This document shows positions 10,180-20,189 of a stretch of DNA of 64,000 nt, one piece after another. A program made the translations under genes and the position numbers. The stretch is from an uncultured Chitinophagales bacterium (lineage in GTDB: Bacteria; Bacteroidota; Bacteroidia; Chitinophagales; JADIYW01), in assembly GCA_964653095.1 (NCBI GenBank), contig CAZZEH010000002.1, forward strand, positions 88,899-152,898, given 5' to 3'. The stretch's first letter is position 1. The number at the start of each line of letters is the position of its first letter. Under the pieces are notes generated by a model. That model had not been told where the DNA came from. It saw only the letters and a program-made list of their open reading frames with translations, and searched no databases.

Positions 10180-11136
10180 ATGTCCTGTAGAGCAAAGAGT
10201 GTTTTTATCTTGATTTTTGTGGTCGGAATACTTCCGACATTTTCGGCTTTTGCTCAACAGACATCTCTGTTTTCAAGTTATTACTGGAACGAGCAGTTTT
10301 ATAATCCTGCATACGTCGGCAGCAAAGATATGTTGCATATTCAGGTTCTGAATCGGATTCAGTGGGTCGGAATAGACGGAGCTCCCAACACTTTAAGTGC
10401 TTCTTTGCATTCTCCCTTTGCTAAAGATAATGTTGCCTTGGGAGTAAATTTTTATCACGACAGAATAGGTGCATTATCATCAAATGGATTGACAGTCCAG
10501 TATGCTTACAGATTGAAATTTAAGGACGATAAGTACAAGCTTTCTTTTGGATTGCAAGGCGGTGCGGAATTTAGAAATCTTCAGTCTTCCAAATTGTCGG
10601 CCGGAGACGGAATACCGGACAATGTTGACCCTTCAAAATTTGAAAAAAGCTGGATCCCCGTTTTTGGCACCGGAATATATTTTTACAGTGATCGATTTTC
10701 TTTGGGTTGGGGGATTCCCCAGCTGCTTCCCAAAACTATGTTTAAGGATAATAAATGGGGTATTCAACCTGAGTTTCAGATGTTTTTTTCCGGGGCATAT
10801 CAGTTTGATGTAACCAATCAGTTTAAATTATTGCCGATAACTGCCATTCGTGTCATTCAAAATCAAAAAACTCAGGCAGAATTTAATCTGAATGGTATTT
10901 TTTACGATAAAGTTCTTGCCGGATTTGGTATCCGCACAGATAAGTCTATAGCCTTTATGGGACAGTATATCCATAGTTTTAGCGGAAATAAAAAAATGAA
11001 TATTGGTTACTCTTATGACATGTCCTGGCGGGGTATTCGTCCTTCAAATTCGGGATCGCATGAAATCTTAATTTCATTCGGATTACCTAAGAAAAACACT
11101 TCATATATCGAGTATAAAAGCCCAAGATATTTTTGA
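10180..11136 (+). CDS. PorP/SprF family type IX secretion system outer-membrane protein
   Basis: 318 aa. Signal peptide, the family N-terminal motif (NPAYVGS...QW.G..GAP.T), and a beta-barrel-like alternating pattern ending in aromatic residues (SPRYF). Confidence 0.85.
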   Translation: MSCRAKSVFILIFVVGILPTFSAFAQQTSLFSSYYWNEQFYNPAYVGSKDMLHIQVLNRIQWVGIDGAPNTLSASLHSPFAKDNVALGVNFYHDRIGALSSNGLTVQYAYRLKFKDDKYKLSFGLQGGAEFRNLQSSKLSAGDGIPDNVDPSKFEKSWIPVFGTGIYFYSDRFSLGWGIPQLLPKTMFKDNKWGIQPEFQMFFSGAYQFDVTNQFKLLPITAIRVIQNQKTQAEFNLNGIFYDKVLAGFGIRTDKSIAFMGQYIHSFSGNKKMNIGYSYDMSWRGIRPSNSGSHEILISFGLPKKNTSYIEYKSPRYF

Positions 11137-13328
11137 TGAAAAAACTTCTCCTGATACTATTAGTATTCATTTGGAATTGCTCAGGTCTGCATGCTCAGCA
11201 TGAAATCAGGCAACAGGCATTAAACAGCTTTAATACTGCCAATTATTATTCCTCAATAAAGAGTCTGCTCAAACTTGAAGAAAGCGGTCTTGGAGATTTT
11301 GAAACCCGAATTCTTCTTGCTAAGTCTTACTATGCACAGCGTGAGTTTAAATCAGCGCTTTTGTGGCTGCAAAAGGCGCGGGAAATAAACAGTTTTTCGC
11401 CAAAGTATAATGAATTATACGCAGACTTACTCAAAATATCCGGAGATTATCAGAGTGCAGACTCTATTTATGAAACACTTGGAGAGTCTGTTGAATTTAA
11501 ACATTCCAATCAACTTCAACACATTTCTTCGTCCGAATTTGAAGTTTATGAAATACCGAAATTTAACACCAAAGGAGACGAATTTGCACCGACATACTAT
11601 AGAGATGGCATCATTTATATTGGAAATTCTAACAAAAAGAAAAATAATTACCCGTGGAATAACAGAGCCTGGCTTCGCCCGTTTTATCTCCCTTATAAAC
11701 CCTTGGGTGGCGAGAAAGGTACTCCGTCTGTTTTAAAAATACCTAAAACAAAGAAATATCATGTAGGAACAATTTCATTCACAAGAGGTGGAAGTACGGC
11801 TATTTTTTCTAAAAATCAGACAGAAGGGAAAAAACGTAAAAATAAGACTTCCGCTTTAGGACTGTACATAAGTAAAAGAAAAAGAGGTAAATGGGGGAAA
11901 CCGGAATCTTTGTCGCTAAACAATTCCGGATATTCTGTTTCACATCCGGCATTAAGTGCCAGTAAAATGGAAATGTTCTTTGTATCGGATATGCCGGGAG
12001 GCTATGGAGGTACGGATATTTATTTTGCAAGATATACGAATGGCAAATGGTCTGAACCCATTAATTTGGGACCGGAAGTTAATACGGATAAAGATGAGAT
12101 GTTTCCTTTTGTCCATCAGGATGGCACTTTATATTTTGCTTCCGACGGACATCCGGGATATGGCGGATTGGATATTTTTTCTACTAAATATATTGGCGGG
12201 ACTTGGAGTACACCTATGAATTTAGGACAAAATGTAAACTCAAGCTATGATGATTTTGGATTAGTTTTGGATAGAAAAAAGAATAGCGGCTATTTTAGTT
12301 CCAATCGATTGGGAGGGCAAGGGAGCGATGACATCTACAGGTTGAAATCTTTGAATGAGAGCATAAAGTATAGAGGTGTAGTCATTGACAGTGTGACAGC
12401 GCACCCTTTATCAAACGTAATTATAACTACAAGTTATAATAATAGTGTTCAGAGTTATTTTTATACGGATGAAAGAGGAGAGTATGAGTTCTTCTTAAAT
12501 AGTGAATTGGAAGAAGCTTCTGTACATTTTGGACTTAAGGGATATTTCCCGGTAGAGGAATCGCTTAGTTTAGACAGAGATGAAGTTGTGATAAACGTTA
12601 AACTACAACCGGTCAAACTAAATAGTGGTTTTATCATTCCCAATTTATATTACGATTTTGACAGCACTAAATTAAAAGAATTAGCAAAAAAGGAATTGAC
12701 TAAGTTAGCCGCCTTATTAAAAGAGAATTCTGATTGGATTGTTGAAATTGGTTCACACACAGATAGCAGGGCAAGTGTGACTTATAATCAGAAGTTATCA
12801 GAAGAAAGAGCAAAAAGTGTAGTGACTTTTTTAGTTCAGAATGGGATAAAGGCTTCAAGATTAGTGGCAAAGGGATATGGCGAAAGTCAGTTATTGAACC
12901 ATTGTACGGATGGAATCAAGTGTGATGAAACTGAACATGCAATCAACAGGCGTACAGAAATTAAACTGATAGGTTTTGATCGTTTTGATGAAACTGTTGC
13001 CGATAAACAGAGCATAACTGAGGAAGTGTCCATACCCGCAGTTCAGGACTTAGTTTACAGAATTCAGCTTGGAATATATAGAGATTCAACTTATGCTTTT
13101 GATGAAAAAATATATGAGCTGGGCTTGATAGAAGTTGAGCAGTTAAAAGGAGAAAGAGGATTTCGATTTTACCTCGGTTCATTTAATCGCGGGCGTTCTG
13201 CACGGGAACAATTAAATAAAGTACAGGAAATAGGGCCTAAGGATGCGTTTTTAGTGGCGTTTTATCAGGGTACCCGAATTTCCTTAAAGGAGGCAGAGTA
13301 TATTGAGAACCAAAGAGAGAAAGAGTGA
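11136..13328 (+). CDS. PorE-like T9SS-associated OmpA-family protein (TPR, TolB-like beta-propeller, CarboxypepD_reg-like and OmpA_C domains) with an extra C-terminal SPOR domain
   Basis: TPR-like region about 11200-11480. Repeated FxSDxxGGxGGxDIY propeller blades about 11560-12345. YRGVVIDSVT...ITT CRD-like segment about 12370-12615. OmpA_C (NLYYDFDS...GSHTDSR...YNQKLSEERA...GYGE...NRRTEI) about 12630-12975. SPOR-like segment (YRIQLGIY...FYLGSF...A......) about 13050-13300. The ATG at 11136 overlaps the porP stop (TGATG). Confidence 0.8.
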   Translation: MKKLLLILLVFIWNCSGLHAQHEIRQQALNSFNTANYYSSIKSLLKLEESGLGDFETRILLAKSYYAQREFKSALLWLQKAREINSFSPKYNELYADLLKISGDYQSADSIYETLGESVEFKHSNQLQHISSSEFEVYEIPKFNTKGDEFAPTYYRDGIIYIGNSNKKKNNYPWNNRAWLRPFYLPYKPLGGEKGTPSVLKIPKTKKYHVGTISFTRGGSTAIFSKNQTEGKKRKNKTSALGLYISKRKRGKWGKPESLSLNNSGYSVSHPALSASKMEMFFVSDMPGGYGGTDIYFARYTNGKWSEPINLGPEVNTDKDEMFPFVHQDGTLYFASDGHPGYGGLDIFSTKYIGGTWSTPMNLGQNVNSSYDDFGLVLDRKKNSGYFSSNRLGGQGSDDIYRLKSLNESIKYRGVVIDSVTAHPLSNVIITTSYNNSVQSYFYTDERGEYEFFLNSELEEASVHFGLKGYFPVEESLSLDRDEVVINVKLQPVKLNSGFIIPNLYYDFDSTKLKELAKKELTKLAALLKENSDWIVEIGSHTDSRASVTYNQKLSEERAKSVVTFLVQNGIKASRLVAKGYGESQLLNHCTDGIKCDETEHAINRRTEIKLIGFDRFDETVADKQSITEEVSIPAVQDLVYRIQLGIYRDSTYAFDEKIYELGLIEVEQLKGERGFRFYLGSFNRGRSAREQLNKVQEIGPKDAFLVAFYQGTRISLKEAEYIENQREKE

Positions 13329-13345
13329 GTCTTTCTGAGAATAAA

Positions 13346-14248
13346 TCAGCTGCTTTGTTCTACCAAATCTAAAATTCTTTCTAAATCGGCTGCGGAATAA
13401 AAAGGGATTAAAATCTCTCCTTTATCTTCTTTGCCTTTTTTGATTCGAACCTTTGTTTCCAAGGCATTCATGAACCTGTCCTGTATGTTTTTATAGGCAG
13501 TGGGCAGTTGCTTAGAAGCCGTTTTGACGGGTTGTTTGGATTCCTGTTTTTTAAGTGTCCGAACCAGCTCTTCTGTTTTTCGTACAGACAATCCTTTTGA
13601 CTCTACTTCTTTGAATGCATAGAGTTGTTTATCGATTTCTTCAATTGAAATTAAAGCTCTCGCATGTCCCATGCTGATCGTTCTGTTTTTGAGAGCCTGT
13701 TGTATTTCAGGTGGAAGTTTCAGCAGTCTGAGATAATTTGTGACAGTGGAGCGATCTTTTCCGAGTCTGTCGCCCAGAGTTTCGTGAGTCAAATCACACT
13801 CATCAATTAGGCGTTTATAGTTAATGGAGATTTCCATTGCGTTCAGGTCTTCGCGCTGAATGTTTTCTATCAGAGCAATTTCCAATGATTCCTGATCATT
13901 AATTTCTCTTACATAGGCAGGAATAACGGTCAGTCCGGCCAGTTTGGAAGCTCTTAGTCTCCTTTCTCCGGCTACCAGCTGGAATTTTTTCGGCCCGATT
14001 TTTCTTACGGTAATGGGTTGAATAACGCCATGTACTTTGATCGATTTAGACAAATCATCGAGGGCTTCTTCATTAAAATCCGATCTTGGCTGGAATGGAT
14101 TCACTTCAATTGCGTCCAGAGAAATATTGGAAACAGTATTAATAATGGAATCAATATCCTGCTCATTAATTTTTATAACCTCACTGTCTTCTCCCATATC
14201 TGAGAGAAGTGCCCGAATACCGCTTCCAACAAATTTCTTTTTTGCCAT
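13346..14248 (-). CDS. parB: Chromosome partitioning protein ParB/Spo0J
   Basis: 300 aa. IEVNPFQPR, GVIQPITVR, LVAGERRLRA and an HTH (STVTNYLRLLKLP). Confidence 0.92.
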   Translation of the reverse strand: MAKKKFVGSGIRALLSDMGEDSEVIKINEQDIDSIINTVSNISLDAIEVNPFQPRSDFNEEALDDLSKSIKVHGVIQPITVRKIGPKKFQLVAGERRLRASKLAGLTVIPAYVREINDQESLEIALIENIQREDLNAMEISINYKRLIDECDLTHETLGDRLGKDRSTVTNYLRLLKLPPEIQQALKNRTISMGHARALISIEEIDKQLYAFKEVESKGLSVRKTEELVRTLKKQESKQPVKTASKQLPTAYKNIQDRFMNALETKVRIKKGKEDKGEILIPFYSAADLERILDLVEQSS

Positions 14249-14251
14249 AGT

Positions 14252-15055
14252 TTAATTTAGTTCAGCCTGATTATTTCCTGCAACAGGTATCAGGTCATTG
14301 GATTGTAAAATTTCCTGAGCCAAATTTAAATAATTGACGGCACCTTTACAATCGGCATCATATAATATCACAGGTGTACGCATACTTTGAGCTTCACCTA
14401 ATCTTGTGTTTCTGTGAATAATAGTTTTAAAAACACTGTCTCCAAACCTGCGTCTGACTTCCTGCACGACCTGATTAGAAAGATTGAGACGCATGTCGTA
14501 CATAGTGAGCAGGATACCTTCTATTTCGAGTTTTGTGTTGAGTCTTGACTGAACGATTTTAATTGTATTTAAAAGTTTCCCAAGCCCTTCAAGAGCAAAA
14601 AATTCACATTGAACCGGAATCATGACAGAGTCAGAGGCCGTTAAGGCATTAACTGTTATCAGACCTAATGAAGGTGAGCAGTCTATGATAATAAAGTCAA
14701 AATCATCCTGTATAGGTTCAAGCATCATTTTCATGATATATTCTCTGTTGGGATGATTAATTAGCTCTATTTCAGCCCCAACTAAGTCGAGATGTGAGGG
14801 GATTAGAAACAAATTTGGCGTTTCCGTTTCCAAGACTATATCCTTGACCGGTTTCTCTTCTATCAGGCACTCGTACAAGCTGACTTTTATGGACTTAGGG
14901 TCGTGACCGCTGCCGCTGGTACTGTTGGCCTGAGGGTCTGCATCGACCAATAGAGTTTTGTATTCTAAAACTGCCAGGCTTGCCGCCAAATTTATGGCTG
15001 TAGTAGTTTTCCCCACCCCGCCTTTCTGATTGGCTATACTGATTATTTTCCCCAT
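14252..15055 (-). CDS. parA: Chromosome partitioning ATPase ParA/Soj
   Basis: 267 aa. Deviant Walker A NQKGGVGKTT and the DCSPSLG motif. Lies 3 nt upstream of parB. Confidence 0.92.
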   Translation of the reverse strand: MGKIISIANQKGGVGKTTTAINLAASLAVLEYKTLLVDADPQANSTSGSGHDPKSIKVSLYECLIEEKPVKDIVLETETPNLFLIPSHLDLVGAEIELINHPNREYIMKMMLEPIQDDFDFIIIDCSPSLGLITVNALTASDSVMIPVQCEFFALEGLGKLLNTIKIVQSRLNTKLEIEGILLTMYDMRLNLSNQVVQEVRRRFGDSVFKTIIHRNTRLGEAQSMRTPVILYDADCKGAVNYLNLAQEILQSNDLIPVAGNNQAELN

Positions 15056-15058
15056 GTT

Positions 15059-15742
15059 TTAAATTTCTATACTTTCTCCTATTGTTGGTAATATTAATTC
15101 GATTCCCGACCGGATGAAAATTTCTTTTGTTTTTTGATGATCAATTTTTATAAATCCAAAAGTATCGAAATGTACTCCTATGACCTTTGAAGCACCTGAA
15201 AACTCAGCTGCTGCGGCTGCATCATCGGCATCCATAGTAAAATTATCGCCGACCGGTAAAACAGCAAAGTCAAGTTTTGTCCACCTTGGAATAAGCTTCA
15301 TATCCAGAGTTAATGCGGTATCTCCGCTGTAATAAAAATTACCTTCATTGGTAGTAAAGACAAATCCCATCGGGTTTCCGCCGTATGAACCATCCGGCAG
15401 CCCGGAAGAATGTTGTGCTACAACACATTTTACTGTTCCAAAATCAAAGTTCCACTTCCCGCCGGTATTCATTGGATGAATATTTTTAACACCGTGTTTT
15501 TGCAGCCATTCAGTTACTTCAAAAGCTCCTACACAAGTCGCTCCGGTTCGTTTGGCAAGTGCTATGGCATCCGCTATATGATCGGAATGTCCGTGAGATA
15601 TAAAAATATAATCACAATTAATATTGTCCAAAGAAATAATTCCGTGAGTCATTTCATTCGGAGTTATAAATGGGTCGAAAAGAATAGTTTTTCCGCTAAT
15701 TACAGTCGAAAAGCAAGCATGTCCGTAAAAGGTTAATTTCAT
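15059..15742 (-). CDS. Metallo-beta-lactamase-fold metal-dependent hydrolase (UPF0173-like)
   Basis: 227 aa. HxHxDH motif (SHGHSDH). Lies 3 nt upstream of parA, so probably the same transcript. Confidence 0.8.
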   Translation of the reverse strand: MKLTFYGHACFSTVISGKTILFDPFITPNEMTHGIISLDNINCDYIFISHGHSDHIADAIALAKRTGATCVGAFEVTEWLQKHGVKNIHPMNTGGKWNFDFGTVKCVVAQHSSGLPDGSYGGNPMGFVFTTNEGNFYYSGDTALTLDMKLIPRWTKLDFAVLPVGDNFTMDADDAAAAAEFSGASKVIGVHFDTFGFIKIDHQKTKEIFIRSGIELILPTIGESIEI

Positions 15743-15883
15743 TTCAAAATGATTTTAAACTTCTTCAAATATAAGGCTTAAACTTTTTAGAGCTGTTAAT
15801 TCAATCTTATAATTCCCCACAGAGTATGTGGATAAACATCTTGAAGCCAGTTAAAGTATAATTTCGTAATTTTGCCTGAGGTT

Positions 15884-16408
15884 ATGATTACTCTAATTTC
15901 TGCAACAAACAGGCCTGACAGCTGGACAAGAAAAATCACAGAAATATATAAAAACTTATTGGCAGAAAAAGGACTATCGTTTATGCTCTTGGACATGACG
16001 GAGTTGCCGGCAGAAGTGTTTCATGATGATATGTACAGAGAAAGGTCTGAGCAATTTATAGAGTTTGAGAGAAAATACCTTATTCCTGCCGATACTTTTA
16101 TTTTTGTTATTCCGGAGTATAATGGCACTTATCCCGGGGTGCTGAAATTAATGTTGGATGCAAGCGACATTAAGCAGGCATATCACCACAAAAAGGCTGC
16201 AATAATAGGTGTTTCCAGCGGTCGTGCCGGTAATCTTAGGGGAATGGATGATTTGACGAATGTACTTAATTTCCTTAAAATCAACGTACTGCATCTGAAA
16301 ATACCTATATCTTCTGTTCATAAACTGTTTGATACGCAAGGGAAGTTTCTGTCAGAAGAAGCCGTACGGCTAATGAATGAGCAAATAGACTTACTTTTGA
16401 AAATGTAA
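15884..16408 (+). CDS. NAD(P)H-dependent FMN reductase family oxidoreductase
   Basis: Flavodoxin-like fold (ITLISATNRP..S.T, VIPEYNGTYPG). The ORF track starts at TTG 15872; ATG 15884 is more likely. Confidence 0.75.
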   Translation: MITLISATNRPDSWTRKITEIYKNLLAEKGLSFMLLDMTELPAEVFHDDMYRERSEQFIEFERKYLIPADTFIFVIPEYNGTYPGVLKLMLDASDIKQAYHHKKAAIIGVSSGRAGNLRGMDDLTNVLNFLKINVLHLKIPISSVHKLFDTQGKFLSEEAVRLMNEQIDLLLKM

Positions 16409-16418
16409 TTCTTACCTC

Positions 16419-18026
16419 ATGCACAAATTTTTCTTTAAGATCATATTATTGAGTGCTGTTTTTACCTCCTGTAAGAATTCGGAGAATACAGATCAGAGAA
16501 AAATCTTTCGATTTAATGTATCCTCCGGTTTATCTTCTTTGGATCCGGCGTTCTCCAAAGATCAGGCGACTATGTGGATGTGCAGTCAGGTATATAACGG
16601 TTTGTTACAGTTAGATGATTCGCTCAATGTGATTCCTGCTATTGCCAAAAGTTACACTATATCTGAAAATGGCTTGACTTATACTTTTTTGTTGAGAGAT
16701 GATGTATTTTTTCATGACCATCCTCTTTTTGAACAGGGAGAAGGCAGGAGAGTGGTTGCAGATGATTTTGTTTATAGCTTTAACAGAATTATTGATGAGA
16801 AAGTGGCCTCTTCCGGAGCTTGGTTGTTTCACGGCAAGGTAGCCGATAAAGAACCTTTTGCCGCGGTTAGTGATTCGGTATTTGTGCTGAAATTAAAAGT
16901 TCCGTTCAGGCCTATGGCCGGATTACTGACTTTACAGTATTGTTCTGTGGTTCCGAAAGAAATAGTAGAGTATTATGGCAAAGACTTTAGAACTGTCGCG
17001 ATAGGCACAGGACCTTTTAAATTAAAAAAGTGGCAGGAAGGAGAAGCGTTGGTTCTGACTAAAAATGATAATTATTTCGAGAAAGATTCATTAGGAGTCC
17101 GACTGCCGTACATTGACGGAGTGAGAATCAGCTTTCTTGCGGATAGGGGAGTGGAATTCTTGCAGTTTGCTCAGGGTGGTTTTGATATGGTCAATGGTAT
17201 AGATAAGTCATTTATTGACAAAGCATTAGATGTTCAGGGTAATTTAAAAGAAAGTGCCGGAAAAGATATTACTATGATTCGTATTCCATACATGAATACG
17301 GAGTATTTAGGATTTTCTATGCGGAAAGCTCGAAATGAAGCTTTGAAAAATGTAAAAGTTCGACAGGCTATAAATTATGCAATTGACAGAGAGAAGATGC
17401 TGATTTATCTGCGTAATGGTGTAGGTACTCCTGCTTATCACGGAATCATTCCTAAAGGTGTCAAAGGTTTTAATCCGGAGGTATTTGGTTACTCCTTTCA
17501 ACCTGATAAATCTAAAGAGCTTTTGGCGGAGGCAGGGTATCCGGGAGGGAAGGGTATGGATAAAATAATTCTGAGTTCCAATCCCATGTATCAGGATTTA
17601 ACCGAATTTATAGCCAAGTCATTGGAGAATATTGGATTAAAAGTGGAAGTTCAGCTGTCGCCCGGCTCCTTTTTACGGGAGGCTATGTCTAAAAATGAGG
17701 TGGACTTTTTCAGAGCTTCCTGGATAGGAGATTATCCTGATGCGGAAAATTTTCTGGCACTTTTTTATGGAAAAAACAGCGCACCTCCCAACTATACCCA
17801 TTTTAGTAATCCTGAATATGACAGGTTATATCTTCAGGCAATGTCGGCGAAGGGTGATGCTGAAGCAGCTATACTTTATAGGCAAATGGAACAAATAATG
17901 TTGGAAGAATCGCCAATTGTACCCTTGTTCTATGATGAGCTTGTCCGGTTTACAGGAAAGCGGGTTAAATTTCTTTCGAGTAATGCGATGAACTCCCTTA
18001 TTTTGAAAACGGCGGTGTTGGAGTAG
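16419..18026 (+). CDS. ABC transporter substrate-binding protein, family 5 (peptide/nickel type), lipoprotein
   Basis: 535 aa. Lipoprotein signal (AVFTSC). SBP_bac_5 features (LDPA...Q.YNGLL, GTGPFKL, AGYP.G). Confidence 0.8.
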   Translation: MHKFFFKIILLSAVFTSCKNSENTDQRKIFRFNVSSGLSSLDPAFSKDQATMWMCSQVYNGLLQLDDSLNVIPAIAKSYTISENGLTYTFLLRDDVFFHDHPLFEQGEGRRVVADDFVYSFNRIIDEKVASSGAWLFHGKVADKEPFAAVSDSVFVLKLKVPFRPMAGLLTLQYCSVVPKEIVEYYGKDFRTVAIGTGPFKLKKWQEGEALVLTKNDNYFEKDSLGVRLPYIDGVRISFLADRGVEFLQFAQGGFDMVNGIDKSFIDKALDVQGNLKESAGKDITMIRIPYMNTEYLGFSMRKARNEALKNVKVRQAINYAIDREKMLIYLRNGVGTPAYHGIIPKGVKGFNPEVFGYSFQPDKSKELLAEAGYPGGKGMDKIILSSNPMYQDLTEFIAKSLENIGLKVEVQLSPGSFLREAMSKNEVDFFRASWIGDYPDAENFLALFYGKNSAPPNYTHFSNPEYDRLYLQAMSAKGDAEAAILYRQMEQIMLEESPIVPLFYDELVRFTGKRVKFLSSNAMNSLILKTAVLE

Positions 18027-18033
18027 TTGCCGC

Positions 18034-20058
18034 TTAATCTTTTCTGGTGATAATAAAATACGGAGCTGTATCTATAATTTCATGAGTCTCTTCGGCTGGT
18101 ATAATTTTTCGTTCTGAAGTGATTCGCATTATATTGTAAGATGTTTCCTTTTTTATAGTTTTTGTGTCTTGTAACAGCAACAAAAACTTTCCCTGTAAAT
18201 TTAAATCAACATTGGCAATTCTATTTTGAGTTAAATTATATATGCCTTCATGAGGTAGTTCTATAGTCCAGATTTCTCCACTTTTTGAGAGTTTCTGTTT
18301 TACGAATTTACCATCTTCATCGAAAACTGAAATAGCAGAAAGTGCATTATTAGCAGATTTGAATATTGGTGTGATAGACATTGTACGTGAAGCAGAATAA
18401 AACTTTCCCTTATACCTGTTTTTTGTATTTATGGATATTTTCTCAAAATAGTTTGGCCTCTCCTTGTTTAGAATATCAGCGAATTTATCTATGGTCAGAT
18501 AATTTACCTTTATTGGCGGGTATTTTTTTACTGCTTGACTAAATTCACTGTCTATCTGGATGTCGGAATAAAATTTTACCCAATCTTTTTTTGCAGTATA
18601 ATGGTATTTATTTTTGAGCTCTTCATGTTCTGAAAAAGGTTTGGAAAAGATTCGGGACAATGCCACTGTATTCACAATATTCCTGTTTGATATATTATTG
18701 ATAAAGTCAAAATAGGTAGTCAAAGTTTCCAAATTCTTAATATCCTTTCGCCACTCTAAGTAGTATATTATGTAAAGTAAATATGCTTTAAAATCGCGAA
18801 TACGTTGTAATTCATTTTTATCAGCTGTAAGTCGTTCTGCTTCAAGAATATCGTAAATACTATAATTGATTTCAATATCTGTGGCTTCTGTATAATCATA
18901 CCAGCGCCTAAGTAATCTCTCAATTGGAACTCTGGATTCTTTAAATGCGTCGTTTAAAAATTTATTGAAGACATCTTCCCATTCTAAATCAGGATTCAGC
19001 ATCATTTTACTTAACATACTAGCTGTCAAAATAGCAAAAAGACTTGTGCCGGACTCGTACTTGACCATATCCATTTTGTTCATGTGCATAAACCGGATAT
19101 TTGAGTAGAAATAGCTCGATCTTAGTCTGGGTAATTCAGCCTGATATTGTGGTATAATATAGAACTCGCGAAGTCCTAAGTTTTCGTGGTGATCCCTCCA
19201 GGCACTTAAAATTCCAAGAGGACTGTAAATATGCTGAAATCCCTGAACTGCAACAACTACTTTAATGTTTTTCTCAAGTTTGAATTTAGGAACTTCAGCA
19301 TGGTTGTAGTAGGCAATAACTCCAAGTTGCTTGTCTGGAAAATCTTTTTTTATAGCCTTTGCAATGACATTGGCTAAATAGAAGGGTTGTGCACTTATAC
19401 CTATTTTGAGGCAATTATCACATGTGCAATAACCAGCTCCATCTGAAGGTTCCACACTAAATACTTTTCTGTCCGGAAATTTTCCAATTAAATTTTTTAT
19501 ATATTCTATATATAGCTTTTGTAAATTTTTATTTGAGACACAAAGCTTTGAAGTTTTACCATATCCTGGTCTTTTCCCATTATTCTCTGCTAAATATTCT
19601 GGATGTGCTTTTAATATATCTTTGTATGTGCCGATGAAAGTGCCCCATACTTGATTCACTTCATTGTCTTTGTTGTCAAAGTGGTTCATACTATTCCAAA
19701 CATTCCAGCCATTGCTTTTACTATTGGTTATAGGATTTGTAAATTTTGTAAATCCGTATTGAGGTGTGAAGTTTTTGAATTTTAAGGAATCTGCACTTAC
19801 CGGAAAGGGCTCAGATTCTATTCGCCACCAGGGGTTTGGATGATACCAAATCTCGTTTGGATTAGAATATTCAGTGTCTGGATTGTTTGGTTTGATTTTT
19901 GAGCCCGAAATATCAATTAAATCTTTGTCTTCCTTAGGATTGTATGTGGTTTCGTATTCGATTCTCTCAAGCCTTTTTCTCTCTTTGTTTTCTTTTATTA
20001 GGACACATGAACTGAATAAGAAACTTGTAAGAATAATAAAAACTGCTTTAGAGTTCAT
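18034..20058 (-). CDS. Hypothetical lipoprotein, possibly DUF4838-like
   Basis: 674 aa. Lipoprotein signal (LFSSC) and an internal GAGYCTCDNC motif. The family assignment is from memory only. Confidence 0.45.
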   Translation of the reverse strand: MNSKAVFIILTSFLFSSCVLIKENKERKRLERIEYETTYNPKEDKDLIDISGSKIKPNNPDTEYSNPNEIWYHPNPWWRIESEPFPVSADSLKFKNFTPQYGFTKFTNPITNSKSNGWNVWNSMNHFDNKDNEVNQVWGTFIGTYKDILKAHPEYLAENNGKRPGYGKTSKLCVSNKNLQKLYIEYIKNLIGKFPDRKVFSVEPSDGAGYCTCDNCLKIGISAQPFYLANVIAKAIKKDFPDKQLGVIAYYNHAEVPKFKLEKNIKVVVAVQGFQHIYSPLGILSAWRDHHENLGLREFYIIPQYQAELPRLRSSYFYSNIRFMHMNKMDMVKYESGTSLFAILTASMLSKMMLNPDLEWEDVFNKFLNDAFKESRVPIERLLRRWYDYTEATDIEINYSIYDILEAERLTADKNELQRIRDFKAYLLYIIYYLEWRKDIKNLETLTTYFDFINNISNRNIVNTVALSRIFSKPFSEHEELKNKYHYTAKKDWVKFYSDIQIDSEFSQAVKKYPPIKVNYLTIDKFADILNKERPNYFEKISINTKNRYKGKFYSASRTMSITPIFKSANNALSAISVFDEDGKFVKQKLSKSGEIWTIELPHEGIYNLTQNRIANVDLNLQGKFLLLLQDTKTIKKETSYNIMRITSERKIIPAEETHEIIDTAPYFIITRKD

Positions 20059-20189
20059 AATTAAACAGTTGTTTTAAGTTTTTTCGTTTTTAAAAGCCAA
20101 TAAAGATAGAGAATGTCACAAGCTCTTTGTGAAAACTTTGCAAATAGAAATGTGTTTTTGTAATTTGTTGTTCAAAGAAATAGAAGTTT

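Noticed and set aside
13346-15055. parS site (TGTTTCACGTGAAACA-like) in or near parA/parB
   Set aside because: I found no 16-bp match by eye in the par locus. The only half-site-like strings (tgtttcacggcaagg at about 16824-16838, tgtttcacctat at about 38632-38643) fail in the second half. A pattern search allowing 2-3 mismatches over the whole window would be decisive.
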